A stretch of 64,000 bases of DNA from Candidatus Kapaibacterium sp. (GCA_938084565.1 CALKEU010000005.1:5715-69714); one strand, 5' to 3'. Counted from the stretch's first letter, positions 18,789 through 29,800 are shown. A program made the numbers and translations. Notes: generated by a model not told the origin, from the letters alone.

Positions 18789-18958
18789 TGGCTTTTCTGG
18801 AACACCATGCAGCATACGTTGTCCTGAGTGTGACGCTTGTGGTGTGGGCTGGTATAGCAGCACTCTTGATAGCGGTAGAGGCTCGTCTCCGACGCTTACA
18901 GCAGCTGGTGGAACCTCCGGCAGGGCAAGAGCGTTTGTCTGAGTACGGTGGTGGATGA
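18785..18958 (+). CDS. ccmD: CcmD-like small membrane protein
   Basis: 57-aa ORF MMAFLEHHAAYVVLSVTLVVWAGIAALLIAVEARLRRLQQL..., single TM. ATGA overlap with the ccmC stop. Not in the ORF track because it is under 60 aa. Confidence 0.45.
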   Translation: MMAFLEHHAAYVVLSVTLVVWAGIAALLIAVEARLRRLQQLVEPPAGQERLSEYGGG

Positions 18959-19008
18959 GGCAGCGGTGTGCTTCGTCTATGTGTGAGACCACGAGGTAGA
19001 GGAGCCAA

Positions 19009-19395
19009 ATGCGCATTCGCCCTCGCTACTGGATCGGTGCTCTGGCCCTTGCGGGCTTTGTCGCCCTGGGCATTTCAGCGTTGGAGCAGGCGACCGTGCA
19101 GTATGTCTCGATCGCAAAAGCGATCCAGCTGGGGAAACGTGTGCAGATCAAGGGGGTGTGGGTACGGGATGTTGAGCCCGTCTATGACAGCCGAGCAAAT
19201 GTTTTTCGCTTCGTACTGCAGGATGAGCACGGCGACCGCATCCCCGTTGTCTACGCTGGTGCGAAGCCAAACAACTTCGAGCTTGCCGAAAGCGTAGTGG
19301 TACAGGGCCACGTTGTGGGGGCAGAGTTTCATGCGAGCGCGATTTTGACGAAGTGCCCTTCTAAGTATAGCGGTGCTACCCCTCTGCAGCAGTAG
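19009..19395 (+). CDS. ccmE: CcmE heme chaperone, CxxxY variant
   Basis: N-terminal TM, OB-fold-like core, and C-terminal FHASAILTKCPSKY, where Cys116/Tyr120 (Cys codon at 19354..19356) replace the canonical HxxxY (LAKHDENY) heme-binding motif. Confidence 0.7.
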   Translation: MRIRPRYWIGALALAGFVALGISALEQATVQYVSIAKAIQLGKRVQIKGVWVRDVEPVYDSRANVFRFVLQDEHGDRIPVVYAGAKPNNFELAESVVVQGHVVGAEFHASAILTKCPSKYSGATPLQQ

Positions 19396-19399
19396 TCCA

Positions 19400-19780
19400 A
19401 TGCGACTGCGCCCAGTTGTGTGGGGTGTTCTCGGGTTAACCCTCGTGCTAGCGTTTTTCATGGCGCAGCAATTTGCCGAGCTGCCCGAGGTGTCATTTGT
19501 GCGTGCTGTGCAGATGGCGCAAGAGCAGCCGAGTGAGGAGCGAGCTCCCACGGTTATGATTCGTGGAGTGGTACATGCGGTACCGCAGCCTGGGAGTTCG
19601 GGTCTGGCTTTCTGGATGCAGGATGGCGAGGGATCGATTTTTGCGGTCGAGTATACCGGTGGGAAAGCTCTTCCGCCATTGAGGCCGGGCGATCGCGTAG
19701 CTGTTCTCGGGCATGCGCATGGGGGAGCGTCGCCGTATTTCCATGCCTCCGATGTGCGGCTTGAGCAGGGGGGCCCATGA
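19400..19780 (+). CDS. CcmE-like paralog lacking the heme-binding motif
   Basis: TM followed by an OB-fold-like segment that aligns to CcmE (DGEGSIFAVEYTGG...GDRVAVLGHA...FHAS). It terminates 9 residues after FHAS without a C/HxxxY motif. The stop overlaps the ccmF ATG. Confidence 0.45.
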   Translation: MRLRPVVWGVLGLTLVLAFFMAQQFAELPEVSFVRAVQMAQEQPSEERAPTVMIRGVVHAVPQPGSSGLAFWMQDGEGSIFAVEYTGGKALPPLRPGDRVAVLGHAHGGASPYFHASDVRLEQGGP

Positions 19781-22086
19781 TTGCCCAGTTGACGGTGCAT
19801 CTGGTATGGGCATTGGCTGTGGCAACGGTAGTAGGGTATGTGGTGTCCCGTCGGCGGAGCGAGTACCTCGGTCCAGCGCGGTGGGCGTATACGCTGACCA
19901 GTGCTGGAGTTGGGGTGGTATGGCTCGTGCTCTTGGGCAGCATTTTCAGTCATGATTTTCGCTACACGTACGTGTGGGGGCATTCTTCGCGGTACTTGCC
20001 GCTGCATCTGCTTTTGGCCAGTAGCTATGCTGGGCAAGAGGGGAGTTTGCTGCTGTGGGCGCTGTGGTTGGCTTTAGTAGGCTTTGTGGTGCGCTCGTTT
20101 GCACGGCGTCTTGGCTGGGAAGCTGAGACGATGAGCCTCTATGCAGGCGTGCTCGCCTGGATGCTCTTACTGCTGGTGGCGAAGAATCCCTTCGCCTTTG
20201 TGTGGGAGACGTACGCCGAGCAAGGGGTCATGGAAGGCTTTCTGCCAGCGGAGGGTCGGGGGCTCAATCCGTTGCTGCACAACTACTGGATCGTCATCCA
20301 TCCGCCAGTGCTCTTTTTGGGGTTTACGTTCGTGACGGTACCGTTTGTGCTCCTGCTTGCAGGGCTGTGGCGGGGGGACTCCCAGCGGTGGGCGGCTGTG
20401 GTCTTGCCCTGGTTGGGGATAGCAGCAGCGGTACTCGGACTTGGCATTATTCTCGGTGGGCTGTGGGCGTATGAGACCCTAGGGTGGGGCGGTTTTTGGG
20501 CATGGGATCCGGTAGAGAATTCCTCTCTGGTGCCTTGGCTGTTTACGGTAGCGGCTGTGCACACGGTGTTGATTCAGCGGAGAACAGGGGGGCTTGTGCG
20601 AACGACGGCTGTGCTGGTCGTGCTGGCATTCCTGACGGTTCTGTACTCGACTTTCTTGACACGCAGCGGGGTATTGGGAGATACATCGGTACACTCGTTT
20701 GTCGATCCTGGCTTCTTTGCCTACGTACTTCTTGTGGTGATGATGGGCATAGCCGGGGGGCTGAGCGGGATTTTCCTGCTGTGGCGGTGGAAGGAGCTCG
20801 GGCGTGAGGCGCTGGCACTGCCACCGAACTCGCGACAATTCTTGCTCGCCCTGGGAGCGTTGGGATTGGTGGTCAGCGCTATTGTGGTGTTGGTAGGAAC
20901 GAGCTACCCCTTGGTGGCAGAGTTGGTTGGCAGACCCAAAGTGGCCGTTGAGCAGCGCTTTTATAATCTGCTGCACATCCCGATTGGGGTGTGGATATTG
21001 CTGCTCAACGGCATCTCGTTCGTGTTTCAATGGCGTGCGACACCCGGCGGTCTGGTGTGGCGTCGGCTGTTGCTCCCGCTGGGTGCCACCGTGGCCGGGA
21101 CGGGATTGCTCTGGATTGGTGGGATACGGGATGTCTGGCTACTTGGCTTAGGAGCGTCGGCATGGTTGACCTTGGTCATCAGTGGAAGCTTCCTCTTCAG
21201 AGGGCTGCGGCAAAATCCGCCGATGGCGGCTGCGCTCATCGCCCATGGCGGGCTGGCCCTGCTGGTACTGGGAGTAATTACGTTGGCTTCGCTGTCTTGG
21301 ACGGCACATGTGCGCTTGCCACAAGGTGAGCCCATACAGCTAGGGGCTTACCGACTCACCTATATCGGGCGAGAGCGCATCGAGCAGCAGTACCCCGATC
21401 GCGAGAAGTGGCGTTATGCTGTCTCTGTGGAAACTGGCACCGAACGCGCTGTGCTCTTCCCCGTGTTGTTCTGGAGTGATTATAATCAGCGGCAAGCGGC
21501 CTTCTTGGAGCCAGGTATCGGCTGGCGCATAGCGGCGGATTTTTACGTATCGCCCAAGTCCGTGGAGGAGGTCGGAGGTGAGGTCTCCGAGTTCGTTCTG
21601 CGTCAGGGAGAGGTGGTCCCGATCGATAGCCTGCTGCAGGCACGCCTTGTGCGCTTTCAGATGGGGCCGGTAGAGGGCGACACACTCACCCTCTTTCTCT
21701 GGCTTGAGCTACGCTCTTTGCACGGTAGGATCGATACGCTGCGGCTGCCCACACGCATGGTGAGCCTCGAGCAAACGATGCCGAGCTGGATTGCGGTCGG
21801 AGATTCCCTCGAGATGGCGATGCTCCGATTCCTTCCCGATCGGCAAGACCCAGCGCGCTCGCAGGCTCTCGTGGGTATCCGGCGCAATAGGGCTGCCGCA
21901 CGGGAGATCCTGACGGTGGAATTTTCCCTCAAGCCGGGCATTAATCTGGTCTGGCTTGGGGCTGCGCTCATGGTTGGGGGGCTCTTCTGGGCGGGAGTAC
22001 GGCGGCTGCGGGCTGCAGCACAGCGGACCCGCAGGCAGAGGTCGGCTGCGGCAATGCAGCAGCATCCTGCGTCGGTAGCGGACTAA
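19777..22086 (+). CDS. ccmF: cytochrome c-type biogenesis protein CcmF (heme lyase)
   Basis: 769 aa, polytopic. WWD motif WGGFWAWDPVENSSLVPW. Conserved His residues in flanking loops. Confidence 0.8.
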   Translation: MIAQLTVHLVWALAVATVVGYVVSRRRSEYLGPARWAYTLTSAGVGVVWLVLLGSIFSHDFRYTYVWGHSSRYLPLHLLLASSYAGQEGSLLLWALWLALVGFVVRSFARRLGWEAETMSLYAGVLAWMLLLLVAKNPFAFVWETYAEQGVMEGFLPAEGRGLNPLLHNYWIVIHPPVLFLGFTFVTVPFVLLLAGLWRGDSQRWAAVVLPWLGIAAAVLGLGIILGGLWAYETLGWGGFWAWDPVENSSLVPWLFTVAAVHTVLIQRRTGGLVRTTAVLVVLAFLTVLYSTFLTRSGVLGDTSVHSFVDPGFFAYVLLVVMMGIAGGLSGIFLLWRWKELGREALALPPNSRQFLLALGALGLVVSAIVVLVGTSYPLVAELVGRPKVAVEQRFYNLLHIPIGVWILLLNGISFVFQWRATPGGLVWRRLLLPLGATVAGTGLLWIGGIRDVWLLGLGASAWLTLVISGSFLFRGLRQNPPMAAALIAHGGLALLVLGVITLASLSWTAHVRLPQGEPIQLGAYRLTYIGRERIEQQYPDREKWRYAVSVETGTERAVLFPVLFWSDYNQRQAAFLEPGIGWRIAADFYVSPKSVEEVGGEVSEFVLRQGEVVPIDSLLQARLVRFQMGPVEGDTLTLFLWLELRSLHGRIDTLRLPTRMVSLEQTMPSWIAVGDSLEMAMLRFLPDRQDPARSQALVGIRRNRAAAREILTVEFSLKPGINLVWLGAALMVGGLFWAGVRRLRAAAQRTRRQRSAAAMQQHPASVAD

Positions 22087-22128
22087 TGGTACGCCCCGCA
22101 TACGAGTGAGCTGGGGGCTATTTTCGCG

Positions 22129-23646
22129 GTGCCTGTGTCCATTCTCTCGAAGGCTGAAAGCATGGTACGCTGGAGTGTCCTGGGGGGAATCGCAGTTGTA
22201 CTAGTCGTCTCGGCAGTGGTGGTGTACCGTACAGTGAAGCTCGGGGCGGCACATGAGGTAGAGCCGCTCCCGCAGCCGCCTCTGCTGCTGGATTCTGCCG
22301 CAATTGTGCAGCGTTTTGCCGCATCACTCCGCTACCGTACAATTTCGCATCAGGATACGGCGCAGGTGGAGGCTGCTGAATTCGAACGTTTCCACGCTTT
22401 CCTGCACCAGAGCTTCCCGGAGGTCCACCGTCAGCTCCAGCGGGAACGGGTCAGCAATTATAGCGTGCTCTACCGCTGGCGCGGCACCGATACGACGCTC
22501 CCGGCCATTGTGCTCATGGGTCATATGGACGTTGTACCGGTGGAACCAGGCACGGAGGACAGCTGGAAGTACCCACCCTTCGATGGGGTCATTGCTGAAG
22601 GGTACGTGTGGGGGCGAGGAGCCATCGATGACAAAATCACCGTGATGGGGATTCTAGAGGCGGCAGAGGCGTTGCTGCGGAGTGGGTTCCGGCCCGTTCG
22701 GGATGTGTATTTCTGCTTTGGCCACGATGAGGAGGTCGGGGGAAGGCATGGGGCACAGCGCATCGTTACGCTCCTCCGGCAGCGTGGCGTACGTGTCGCA
22801 TGGGTTTTGGACGAAGGAGGAGCTGTAACCACGGGGGTGTTCCCTGGTATCGAGCGCCCGTTGGCGCTGGTTGGGATTGCGGAGAAGGGATACATGATGG
22901 TCGAGCTCAGTGCCGAGGGGAGGGGTGGGCATTCCTCAACACCACCGCGCGAGAGCCCGCTCGGCTTGGTTGCTGCAGCTGTGGCTGCTGTTGAACGCTC
23001 CCCTCTCCCTGCCCGCTTGGAGGGCGTGGTGGCTACTCTCCTGGAGGCTCTGGCTCCGGAGATGCCCTTTCCCCAACGTCTGATGGTAGCCAATCAGTGG
23101 CTGTTCAAGGGCATAGTGCTGCGGCAGTTGCAGCAGACCCCGCGCGGAAATGCCATGGTACGCACGACGCTGGCGCCCACAATCTTCCACGCAGGGGTCA
23201 AGGAGAACGTGATACCCTCTGTGGCGCGAGCGGCCATCAATGTACGCCTCCTGCCCGGAGATACGCCTGAGGAGGTTATGCGTCACCTACGCCGGATTAT
23301 CCCCGACCGCCGGGTGAAGGTGCAGCAGCAGAGTGTGCTCAGCCTGCCATCCCCTGTGGCTGATGTAGGGGCGGTGGGATTCCAGCTCATCCAGGGAGCC
23401 GCTCGCACTGTCTTTCCGGAAGCTCGTGTCGTGCCTTACTTGGTGCTTGGGGCCACAGATGCGCGCTACTACACCGCCTTGACGCCGAATGTCTACCGCT
23501 TCTTGCCTGTCCGGCTGACCCCGGAAGAGTATCAAACATTCCATGCCCCCAACGAGCGCTTGCGGCTCAGCGAAGTGCTACAGGCGGTGCGCTTCTACGC
23601 GACGCTCCTCTTCCACGGTGCTGGAGGCAGTTCGGGCACCCCATAG
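22129..23646 (+). CDS. M20-family metallopeptidase (ArgE/DapE/CPG2-like)
   Basis: HMDVVPV...WKYPPFDG...GRGAIDDK motifs. 505 aa with an N-terminal TM/signal. Confidence 0.75.
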   Translation: MPVSILSKAESMVRWSVLGGIAVVLVVSAVVVYRTVKLGAAHEVEPLPQPPLLLDSAAIVQRFAASLRYRTISHQDTAQVEAAEFERFHAFLHQSFPEVHRQLQRERVSNYSVLYRWRGTDTTLPAIVLMGHMDVVPVEPGTEDSWKYPPFDGVIAEGYVWGRGAIDDKITVMGILEAAEALLRSGFRPVRDVYFCFGHDEEVGGRHGAQRIVTLLRQRGVRVAWVLDEGGAVTTGVFPGIERPLALVGIAEKGYMMVELSAEGRGGHSSTPPRESPLGLVAAAVAAVERSPLPARLEGVVATLLEALAPEMPFPQRLMVANQWLFKGIVLRQLQQTPRGNAMVRTTLAPTIFHAGVKENVIPSVARAAINVRLLPGDTPEEVMRHLRRIIPDRRVKVQQQSVLSLPSPVADVGAVGFQLIQGAARTVFPEARVVPYLVLGATDARYYTALTPNVYRFLPVRLTPEEYQTFHAPNERLRLSEVLQAVRFYATLLFHGAGGSSGTP

Positions 23647-23739
23647 ACGGTTGGAGCTTCCCTGAGATATTCCCGGCTGGCGGAAGGGGGAGGAAGCGTA
23701 TTTTTGTGACCGCTGGTCGGAAATCGACTATCGGTCGAC

Positions 23740-25077
23740 ATGGAGCGCTGGTTGTGGGGAGGAGTGCTGGGAGTTGTGGGGAGCCTATTAGCGCAGCAGC
23801 CATTGACACTGGAGCGGGCAGTTCGGTTAGCGCTAGAGCGGAATCCTGACGTTCTCGTCAGCCGGCTTGAGGTACAGCGTGCTGACGCTCGTGTGCGTGA
23901 GGCTATCGGTACGGCGTTGCCATCGCTGAGCGTGGCGGCAGGCTACAACCGCAACATCGTGCCGCCAGTGTTCTTTCTGCCGGACTTTCAGAATCCGAAT
24001 TCGGGGCGGCTGCAGGAGGTGCGCATTGGATCGGATAACGCTTTTCAGGTACAGTTGCAGCTTGGGCAGGTATTGTTCAGTCAGGCGGTGTTAGTTGGCA
24101 TTGGCGCTTCGCGGCTGTATGCCGAGGCTGCTCGGCAGCAGTATCGGGCTGTTGCCGTGCAGACGGTGGCATCGGTGAAGAAGGCCTTCTATGCCGCATT
24201 GCTGAGTCGGGAACTTCTCGAGGCAGCGCAGGCTAGTCTGCAGCGGGCTGAGCGCTTTGCGCAGGATGTGGGCGTGTTGGCCTCGCAAGGCCTCGTGGCA
24301 GACTATGATGCTCTGCGAGCTCGCGTGCAGCTTGAACAGATCCGGACTGTCGTTGCTCAGGCACAGTTTGGGTATGCAGCAGCCCTCCGGAATCTCAAGC
24401 TCCTGATTGGCTTGCCGCAGGAAGAACCGGTCGAGCTTGCCGGTGATTTGGAGGCAGAGTATCGCCCGGCGGACTTACCGACGGAGCCGGAGCTCATCGA
24501 AAGAGTTTTGCGGCAGAATATACAGCTGCAGGCTCTGCGGCTGCAGGAACAAGTCCAGCAGGAGGTGGTGCGCATCTACCAAGCTGAATCCTATCCAACC
24601 GTGGTGGGGTTTGGGGGGGTGACTTACCAGGGGCAATCGCCGACGTGGCGCAACTTCGTGACAGCTGTCAGCAGTGTGGTAGGCATTCAGCTTTCGATCT
24701 CGCTCTTTCAGGGATTGCAGACGGCCGCGCGAGTAGAGCAGGCGGAGCTAGAGCAGCGCAAGGTGCAGCAGCAGCGGGAACGGCTCCAAGAGGCCTTGAA
24801 GCTCCAAATTTTGCTGGTGCGCCAGCAGGCGCTTCTGGCACAGCAGCGGTTGGAAGCTCATCGTAGTGCGATTAGGCAGGCTGAGCGTGGCTACGAGATT
24901 GCTCTCACGCGCTACTCCACCGGCCTGGGTAGTCAGCTAGAAGTTCTCGATGCTGATGCGGCGATTCGGCAAGCCCGATCGACATACGCCCAGGCCCTTC
25001 ACGATTACCTGGTAGCCCAGGCAGAGCTTGAGGCTTTGACCGGACGCATCGACCCTAGGATTGCTCCCGAGCTATAA
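23740..25077 (+). CDS. TolC-family outer-membrane efflux protein
   Basis: 445 aa, signal peptide, two coiled-coil repeat halves. First gene of the efflux operon. Confidence 0.75.
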   Translation: MERWLWGGVLGVVGSLLAQQPLTLERAVRLALERNPDVLVSRLEVQRADARVREAIGTALPSLSVAAGYNRNIVPPVFFLPDFQNPNSGRLQEVRIGSDNAFQVQLQLGQVLFSQAVLVGIGASRLYAEAARQQYRAVAVQTVASVKKAFYAALLSRELLEAAQASLQRAERFAQDVGVLASQGLVADYDALRARVQLEQIRTVVAQAQFGYAAALRNLKLLIGLPQEEPVELAGDLEAEYRPADLPTEPELIERVLRQNIQLQALRLQEQVQQEVVRIYQAESYPTVVGFGGVTYQGQSPTWRNFVTAVSSVVGIQLSISLFQGLQTAARVEQAELEQRKVQQQRERLQEALKLQILLVRQQALLAQQRLEAHRSAIRQAERGYEIALTRYSTGLGSQLEVLDADAAIRQARSTYAQALHDYLVAQAELEALTGRIDPRIAPEL

Positions 25078-25080
25078 GGC

Positions 25081-25749
25081 ATGGGTGTACTTGAGCGGCG
25101 GCAGCGCGAGCGCGAACAGCGGCGGCGGCAGATCTTGCAGGCAGCCCGGCGGGTCTTCTTCCAGTACGGGTATCGCAATGCCACAATGGACATGATCGCC
25201 GCGGAGGCGGAGCTCGGCAAGGGTACGCTGTACGAGTACTTCGCCACGAAAGAGGAGCTCTACGTCGGGCTGTTAGAAGATGGATTGCGCCTGCTCGATG
25301 AGGCTATGGCGCGCATGTCTGAAGAGATGGCTGCAAAACCGATCGAGCAGGCAATCCGCAGTATGGCTCGCCAGTATTGGTGCTTTGCTGAAGAGAACCC
25401 GGAGTACTTCACGCTGCTCATGCATCTGTCTACGGCAATTGAGTTGCCCTTGGAGAAGGTGCGTCCGGAGCTCCTGGAGGAACTCCGCCGGCTACAGGAG
25501 CAGGCGATCCTCCGTGGGGTAACGTTGATCCAGCGGGGTATCCAGGAGGGACTCTTCCCGAGCGGGATAGCACCGGAGCACGTGCTGGCGCAGTTCTGGG
25601 TGGTCGTCAGCGGGGCCATTCTCCTGGCGCGCCACCCCTATCGGATTCGCCTCATGCAGGATATAGCGCCGGAGAGGTTTGTGGATGAACTTGTCGAACT
25701 CTTGATCCGTGGATGGCAATGTCGCAAGGAGTCGCGTTCGGTCTCCTGA
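25081..25749 (+). CDS. TetR/AcrR-family transcriptional regulator
   Basis: N-terminal HTH (ILQAARRVFFQYGYRNATMDMIAAEAELGKGTLYEYF), 222 aa. Confidence 0.75.
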   Translation: MGVLERRQREREQRRRQILQAARRVFFQYGYRNATMDMIAAEAELGKGTLYEYFATKEELYVGLLEDGLRLLDEAMARMSEEMAAKPIEQAIRSMARQYWCFAEENPEYFTLLMHLSTAIELPLEKVRPELLEELRRLQEQAILRGVTLIQRGIQEGLFPSGIAPEHVLAQFWVVVSGAILLARHPYRIRLMQDIAPERFVDELVELLIRGWQCRKESRSVS

Positions 25750-26849
25750 TCGGAATCACCTCCGTTGTGCTGCTCGGGTGTGGTTCAGATGCTACGACTC
25801 CGGAGGCGAAGCGTCGCCAAATAGAGCGACTGCGTGCAGAGATTGCGCGTTTGCAGCAGCAGCTGGAAGCTCTCGAGCGCAGGACAGGCCAGCTCAGTAC
25901 AACATCGGCGGAGGTGTCCGTTGTGGTTGAATCCGTGTCCGTCGGGCCTCTGCGTCGCCTGCTGGAAGTACCCGGAGCAGTGGAATCTCGCACGACCGTA
26001 ACGCTGAGTGCCAAGAGTGCTGGGAGTGTCACGGCCGTATACGTGCAGCCGGGTATGCGAGTGGTGCAAGGACAAGTCCTCATCGAGCTGGATGCAGAAG
26101 TAGTGCGTCGCACAATTGAAGAGGTGGAGACTCAGCGTGATCTAGCCAAGACGCTCTATGAGCGCTACCGGCGAGCGTGGGAGGCTCAGGCCGTTGCTGA
26201 GGTACAGTACCTCAGTGCCAAGCAGCAGTGGGAAGCTTTAGAACGGCGTCTTGCCACACTACGTGAGCAGCTAGCCCAGGCGCGCATTACGGCGCCTATG
26301 GCTGGGATTGTCGACGAGGTGTTTGTCAAAAATGGTGAGCTGCTGGTGCCAGGCGCTCCTGCCGTACGACTGGTCAACACCCGGAATCTCTTCGTGGCTG
26401 CAGATGTCTCGGAGGCTTATGCGGGGACACTTCGGGCGGGTGGAACGGCGGAGGTGGTCTTTCCAGAGCTCGGCGATACGGTCCGAGCACGCCTTCGGAG
26501 CGTAGGGCAGGCCATCAATGTGCGGACGCGCACATTCCGCATCGAGCTGGTGCTGGACCGTCTCCCCGAAGGTATTCGCCCAGGGCTTCACTGTAGTGTG
26601 CGGATTGCCGATGTCGAACGTGCGCAGGCAGTGACCATCCCTCTGGCTGCACTCCAGCGGCGGAATGGGAAGCCGATCGTTTACGTCGTGGAGCGTCAGG
26701 CCAAGGAGGCCATCGTGCGAGAGCGCTCAGTGCGTATAGGCGTGCTCACCTTCGAGCGAGCGGAAATTCTCTCAGGGCTGCGCCCGGGCGAAGAAGTTGT
26801 CGTGCGCGCCGCTGGCCCGCTGCAGGATGGGATGCGGGTGAAGCTGTAG
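25713..26849 (+). CDS. RND efflux periplasmic adaptor (HlyD/MFP family), lipoprotein
   Basis: Lipobox LLGCGS, a coiled-coil hairpin, and a beta-barrel/MP domains. Confidence 0.8.
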   Translation: MAMSQGVAFGLLIGITSVVLLGCGSDATTPEAKRRQIERLRAEIARLQQQLEALERRTGQLSTTSAEVSVVVESVSVGPLRRLLEVPGAVESRTTVTLSAKSAGSVTAVYVQPGMRVVQGQVLIELDAEVVRRTIEEVETQRDLAKTLYERYRRAWEAQAVAEVQYLSAKQQWEALERRLATLREQLAQARITAPMAGIVDEVFVKNGELLVPGAPAVRLVNTRNLFVAADVSEAYAGTLRAGGTAEVVFPELGDTVRARLRSVGQAINVRTRTFRIELVLDRLPEGIRPGLHCSVRIADVERAQAVTIPLAALQRRNGKPIVYVVERQAKEAIVRERSVRIGVLTFERAEILSGLRPGEEVVVRAAGPLQDGMRVKL

Positions 26850-26856
26850 AGAGGGA

Positions 26857-29800
26857 GTGCGCATGCGAGAGTTTTGGCTGACCAATTGGGCTCTACGCAA
26901 TCGAGTGACCGTCTACGTGCTTGCCGTCATCGTCTTCGGGCTAGGCTTGTACACGTACGTCCGCGTGCCCAAGGAGCTCCTGCCCGATGTTGTCATCCCT
27001 ACGCTCCTTGTGACCACGGTCTACCCGGGTACTTCTCCGACTGATGTAGAAAACCTGCTGACACGGCCGATCGAAAAGCAGCTCAAGGCGGTCGCTGGAG
27101 TCAGCAAGATACGGAGCTCATCGGCACAGGACATCTCTACCATCGTCGTACAGTTTGAGACAACGGTCGATCCCAGCGTTGCCAAGCAGCGGGTCAAGGA
27201 TGCCCTCGATCGCGCTCGCGGGGAATTGCCATCCGATTTGCCAGAGGAGCCGCGCCTTGTGGAGATTGACTTTTCGGAGTTCCCCATCATGCAGATTAGC
27301 ATTGCTGGGGAGCTGCCGCTCGAGCAATTGAAGCGTTATGCCGAGGACATGCGCGATCGGATCGAGGCACTGCCGCAGATTCGGCGGGTGGATATTGTTG
27401 GGCTTCCCGAGCGTGAGATACGGGTTGATGTTGATCTCTATCGCCTCTGGGCCTTAGGGCTGAGCTTGACCGATGTAGAGCAGGCCATTCGACGGGAGAA
27501 TCTGAATATCTCCGCCGGTGAGCTTTCTGCTGGCGGGCTGCGCCTGAATGTGCGGTTGGCGGCAGAATTCCGCACACTCGAGGACCTTGCCAACGTTGTC
27601 GTCCGAGGGGGCACGGGCAACACAGTGCGTCTGGCAGATATTGCCACGGTAGCTGAGGAATTCAAAGAGCAGCAGAGCTATGCGCGACTGAACCGGCAGC
27701 CTGTCGTAACGCTCAGCGTCGTTAAGAAAGAGGGAGAGAATCTGCTCGAGGCAGCAGACCGCATCTACCGCATTGTGGAGGAATTCCGCCAGCACGTTGT
27801 CCCTCCGTCAGTGCGTTTGACCATTACCGATGACCAATCGGTACGGAGCCGCTCGACATTGGCGGATCTGACCAACGCCATCATCCTTGGCTTTCTCTTC
27901 GTGGTGGTCTCGCTCATGTTCTTCATGGGGGTGCAGAATGCTCTCTTCGTAGGGCTTGCCACCCCGCTGTCGTCGTTTTTGGCCATGCTGATCCTGCCGG
28001 CTCTGGGCTTTACGTTCAACATCGTGGTGACCTTTGCCTTCCTGTTGGCCCTGGGGATCATTGTCGACGATGCCATTGTAGTCATCGAGAACACCTATCG
28101 GCTCTATCGACGGGAGGGGCTCGATATTGTCGCGGCGGCCAAGCAGGGTGCTGGAGAGGTCTTTGCCCCGGTATTGGCTGGGACGCTGACGACGCTGGCT
28201 CCGTTCCTCCCACTGCTCTTCTGGCCCGGGGTGGTTGGGAAGTTTCTGCTCTACCTGCCCGTTGTGCTCATTGCGACGCTCTCGGCGTCCTTTTTAGTGG
28301 CTTACGTCTTCAACCCGGTCTTTGCGGTGGATTTCATGCCGCAGAGGCAGCGCCCGATGCAGCTCCGAGATATTGTCCGGCGCGTTGCTCTGCTGCTGAG
28401 TGTAGCGGCCCTGGGGTATCTTCTGGGAGCGTGGAGCAACGCTGCTTTCTTGACAGGAGCAGCCACCGTGACGTGGGTTATTGCGCTTCTGTGGGCGTTC
28501 AACCGTGTGGTATTCACCCCTCTGATTGTGGAGCCTTTCCAGCATCGGATATGGCCGGCTGTGTTGCAGCGATATCGGCACATTGGGGCATGGATTCTGC
28601 AGGGACGGCGCCCGTGGGTTCTGGTGGCCAGCGTCGTTGTGCTTTTCGGTGTAACAGTGGGGCTGACGGTCCTCGTGCGCCCAAGGGTGCTCTTCTTCAC
28701 CAATCCGGAGCCCAATTCCGTGTACGTGTATGTTTCGCTGCCGGTGGGCACAGATGCGGCCGTGACCGATTCCATCATGCGGGTAGTCGAAGAGCGGGTC
28801 TATGGAGTGCTTGGGGAGGAGAATCCGCTAGTGAGCTCAGTGAGCGTCAATGTAGGGGTTGCCGTGGGTGAGCCCTTCCGACCGAGCTTTGGTATAACTC
28901 CGCACAAGGGCCGACTCACCGTGAGCTTTGTCGATCCAGAATATCGGGCTGGCATTTCAACGTGGGGATACTTTGAGGCTATTCGCCGAGTTGTAGCCGA
29001 TATCCCTGGGGCCGAAATTGCAGTGGACAAGGACCAAGCTGGACCGCAGACAGGCAGCCCGATTAACATCGAAATCGCTGGGGAAGATCTGGACACGCTC
29101 CAGAGGTTAGCCGAGCACGTGCGCTCTCTCTTGCTCGATACGCTCCAGTTGGCGGGGATAGAGAACTTGCAGCTCGATGTGCAGCAGACAAAACCAGAGG
29201 TGATCATTACGGTTGACCGCCAGAAAGCTGCCCGGGAGGGGCTCAATAGTGGACAGCTCGGCGCGGCGCTGCGCGCGGCCCTCTACGGTGTAAAGGCCTC
29301 CGCCTTCCGAGCCGGCGAGGAGGAATATCCCATCCAAGTACGCTTAATGTCGCCGTATCGGGAGCGGTTGGAGGATCTGCTCAACGTGCCGGTAGCCTTT
29401 CGCGATTTGGCAACGGGGCAGTTCCGCTTGATCCCAGTCTCGGCCGTTACTACGGCGACATACACCACCACGTACAGCGCTATCAACCGAATCAACCAGG
29501 AGCGTGTAGTGACACTACGCTCCAATGTGTTGCCTGGCTACAGCGCGCCGCTCCTCAATGCTGAGATTCAGCGGGCGCTTACCCGCTTCCCCCTGCCCCC
29601 CGGATATACGATTCGCCTGACGGGCGAACAAGAGGAGCAGCAAAAAACGGTGGGCTTTCTACAGACGGCCTTCCTTATAACGGTGGCGCTCATTGCGCTG
29701 GTTTTGGTCACCGAATTTAGTTCGGTGGTCAAGCCCTTACTGGTTCTGACGACGGTGCTCTTCAGTATCACAGGGGTGCTCTTGGGCTTCTTGCTCAGCG

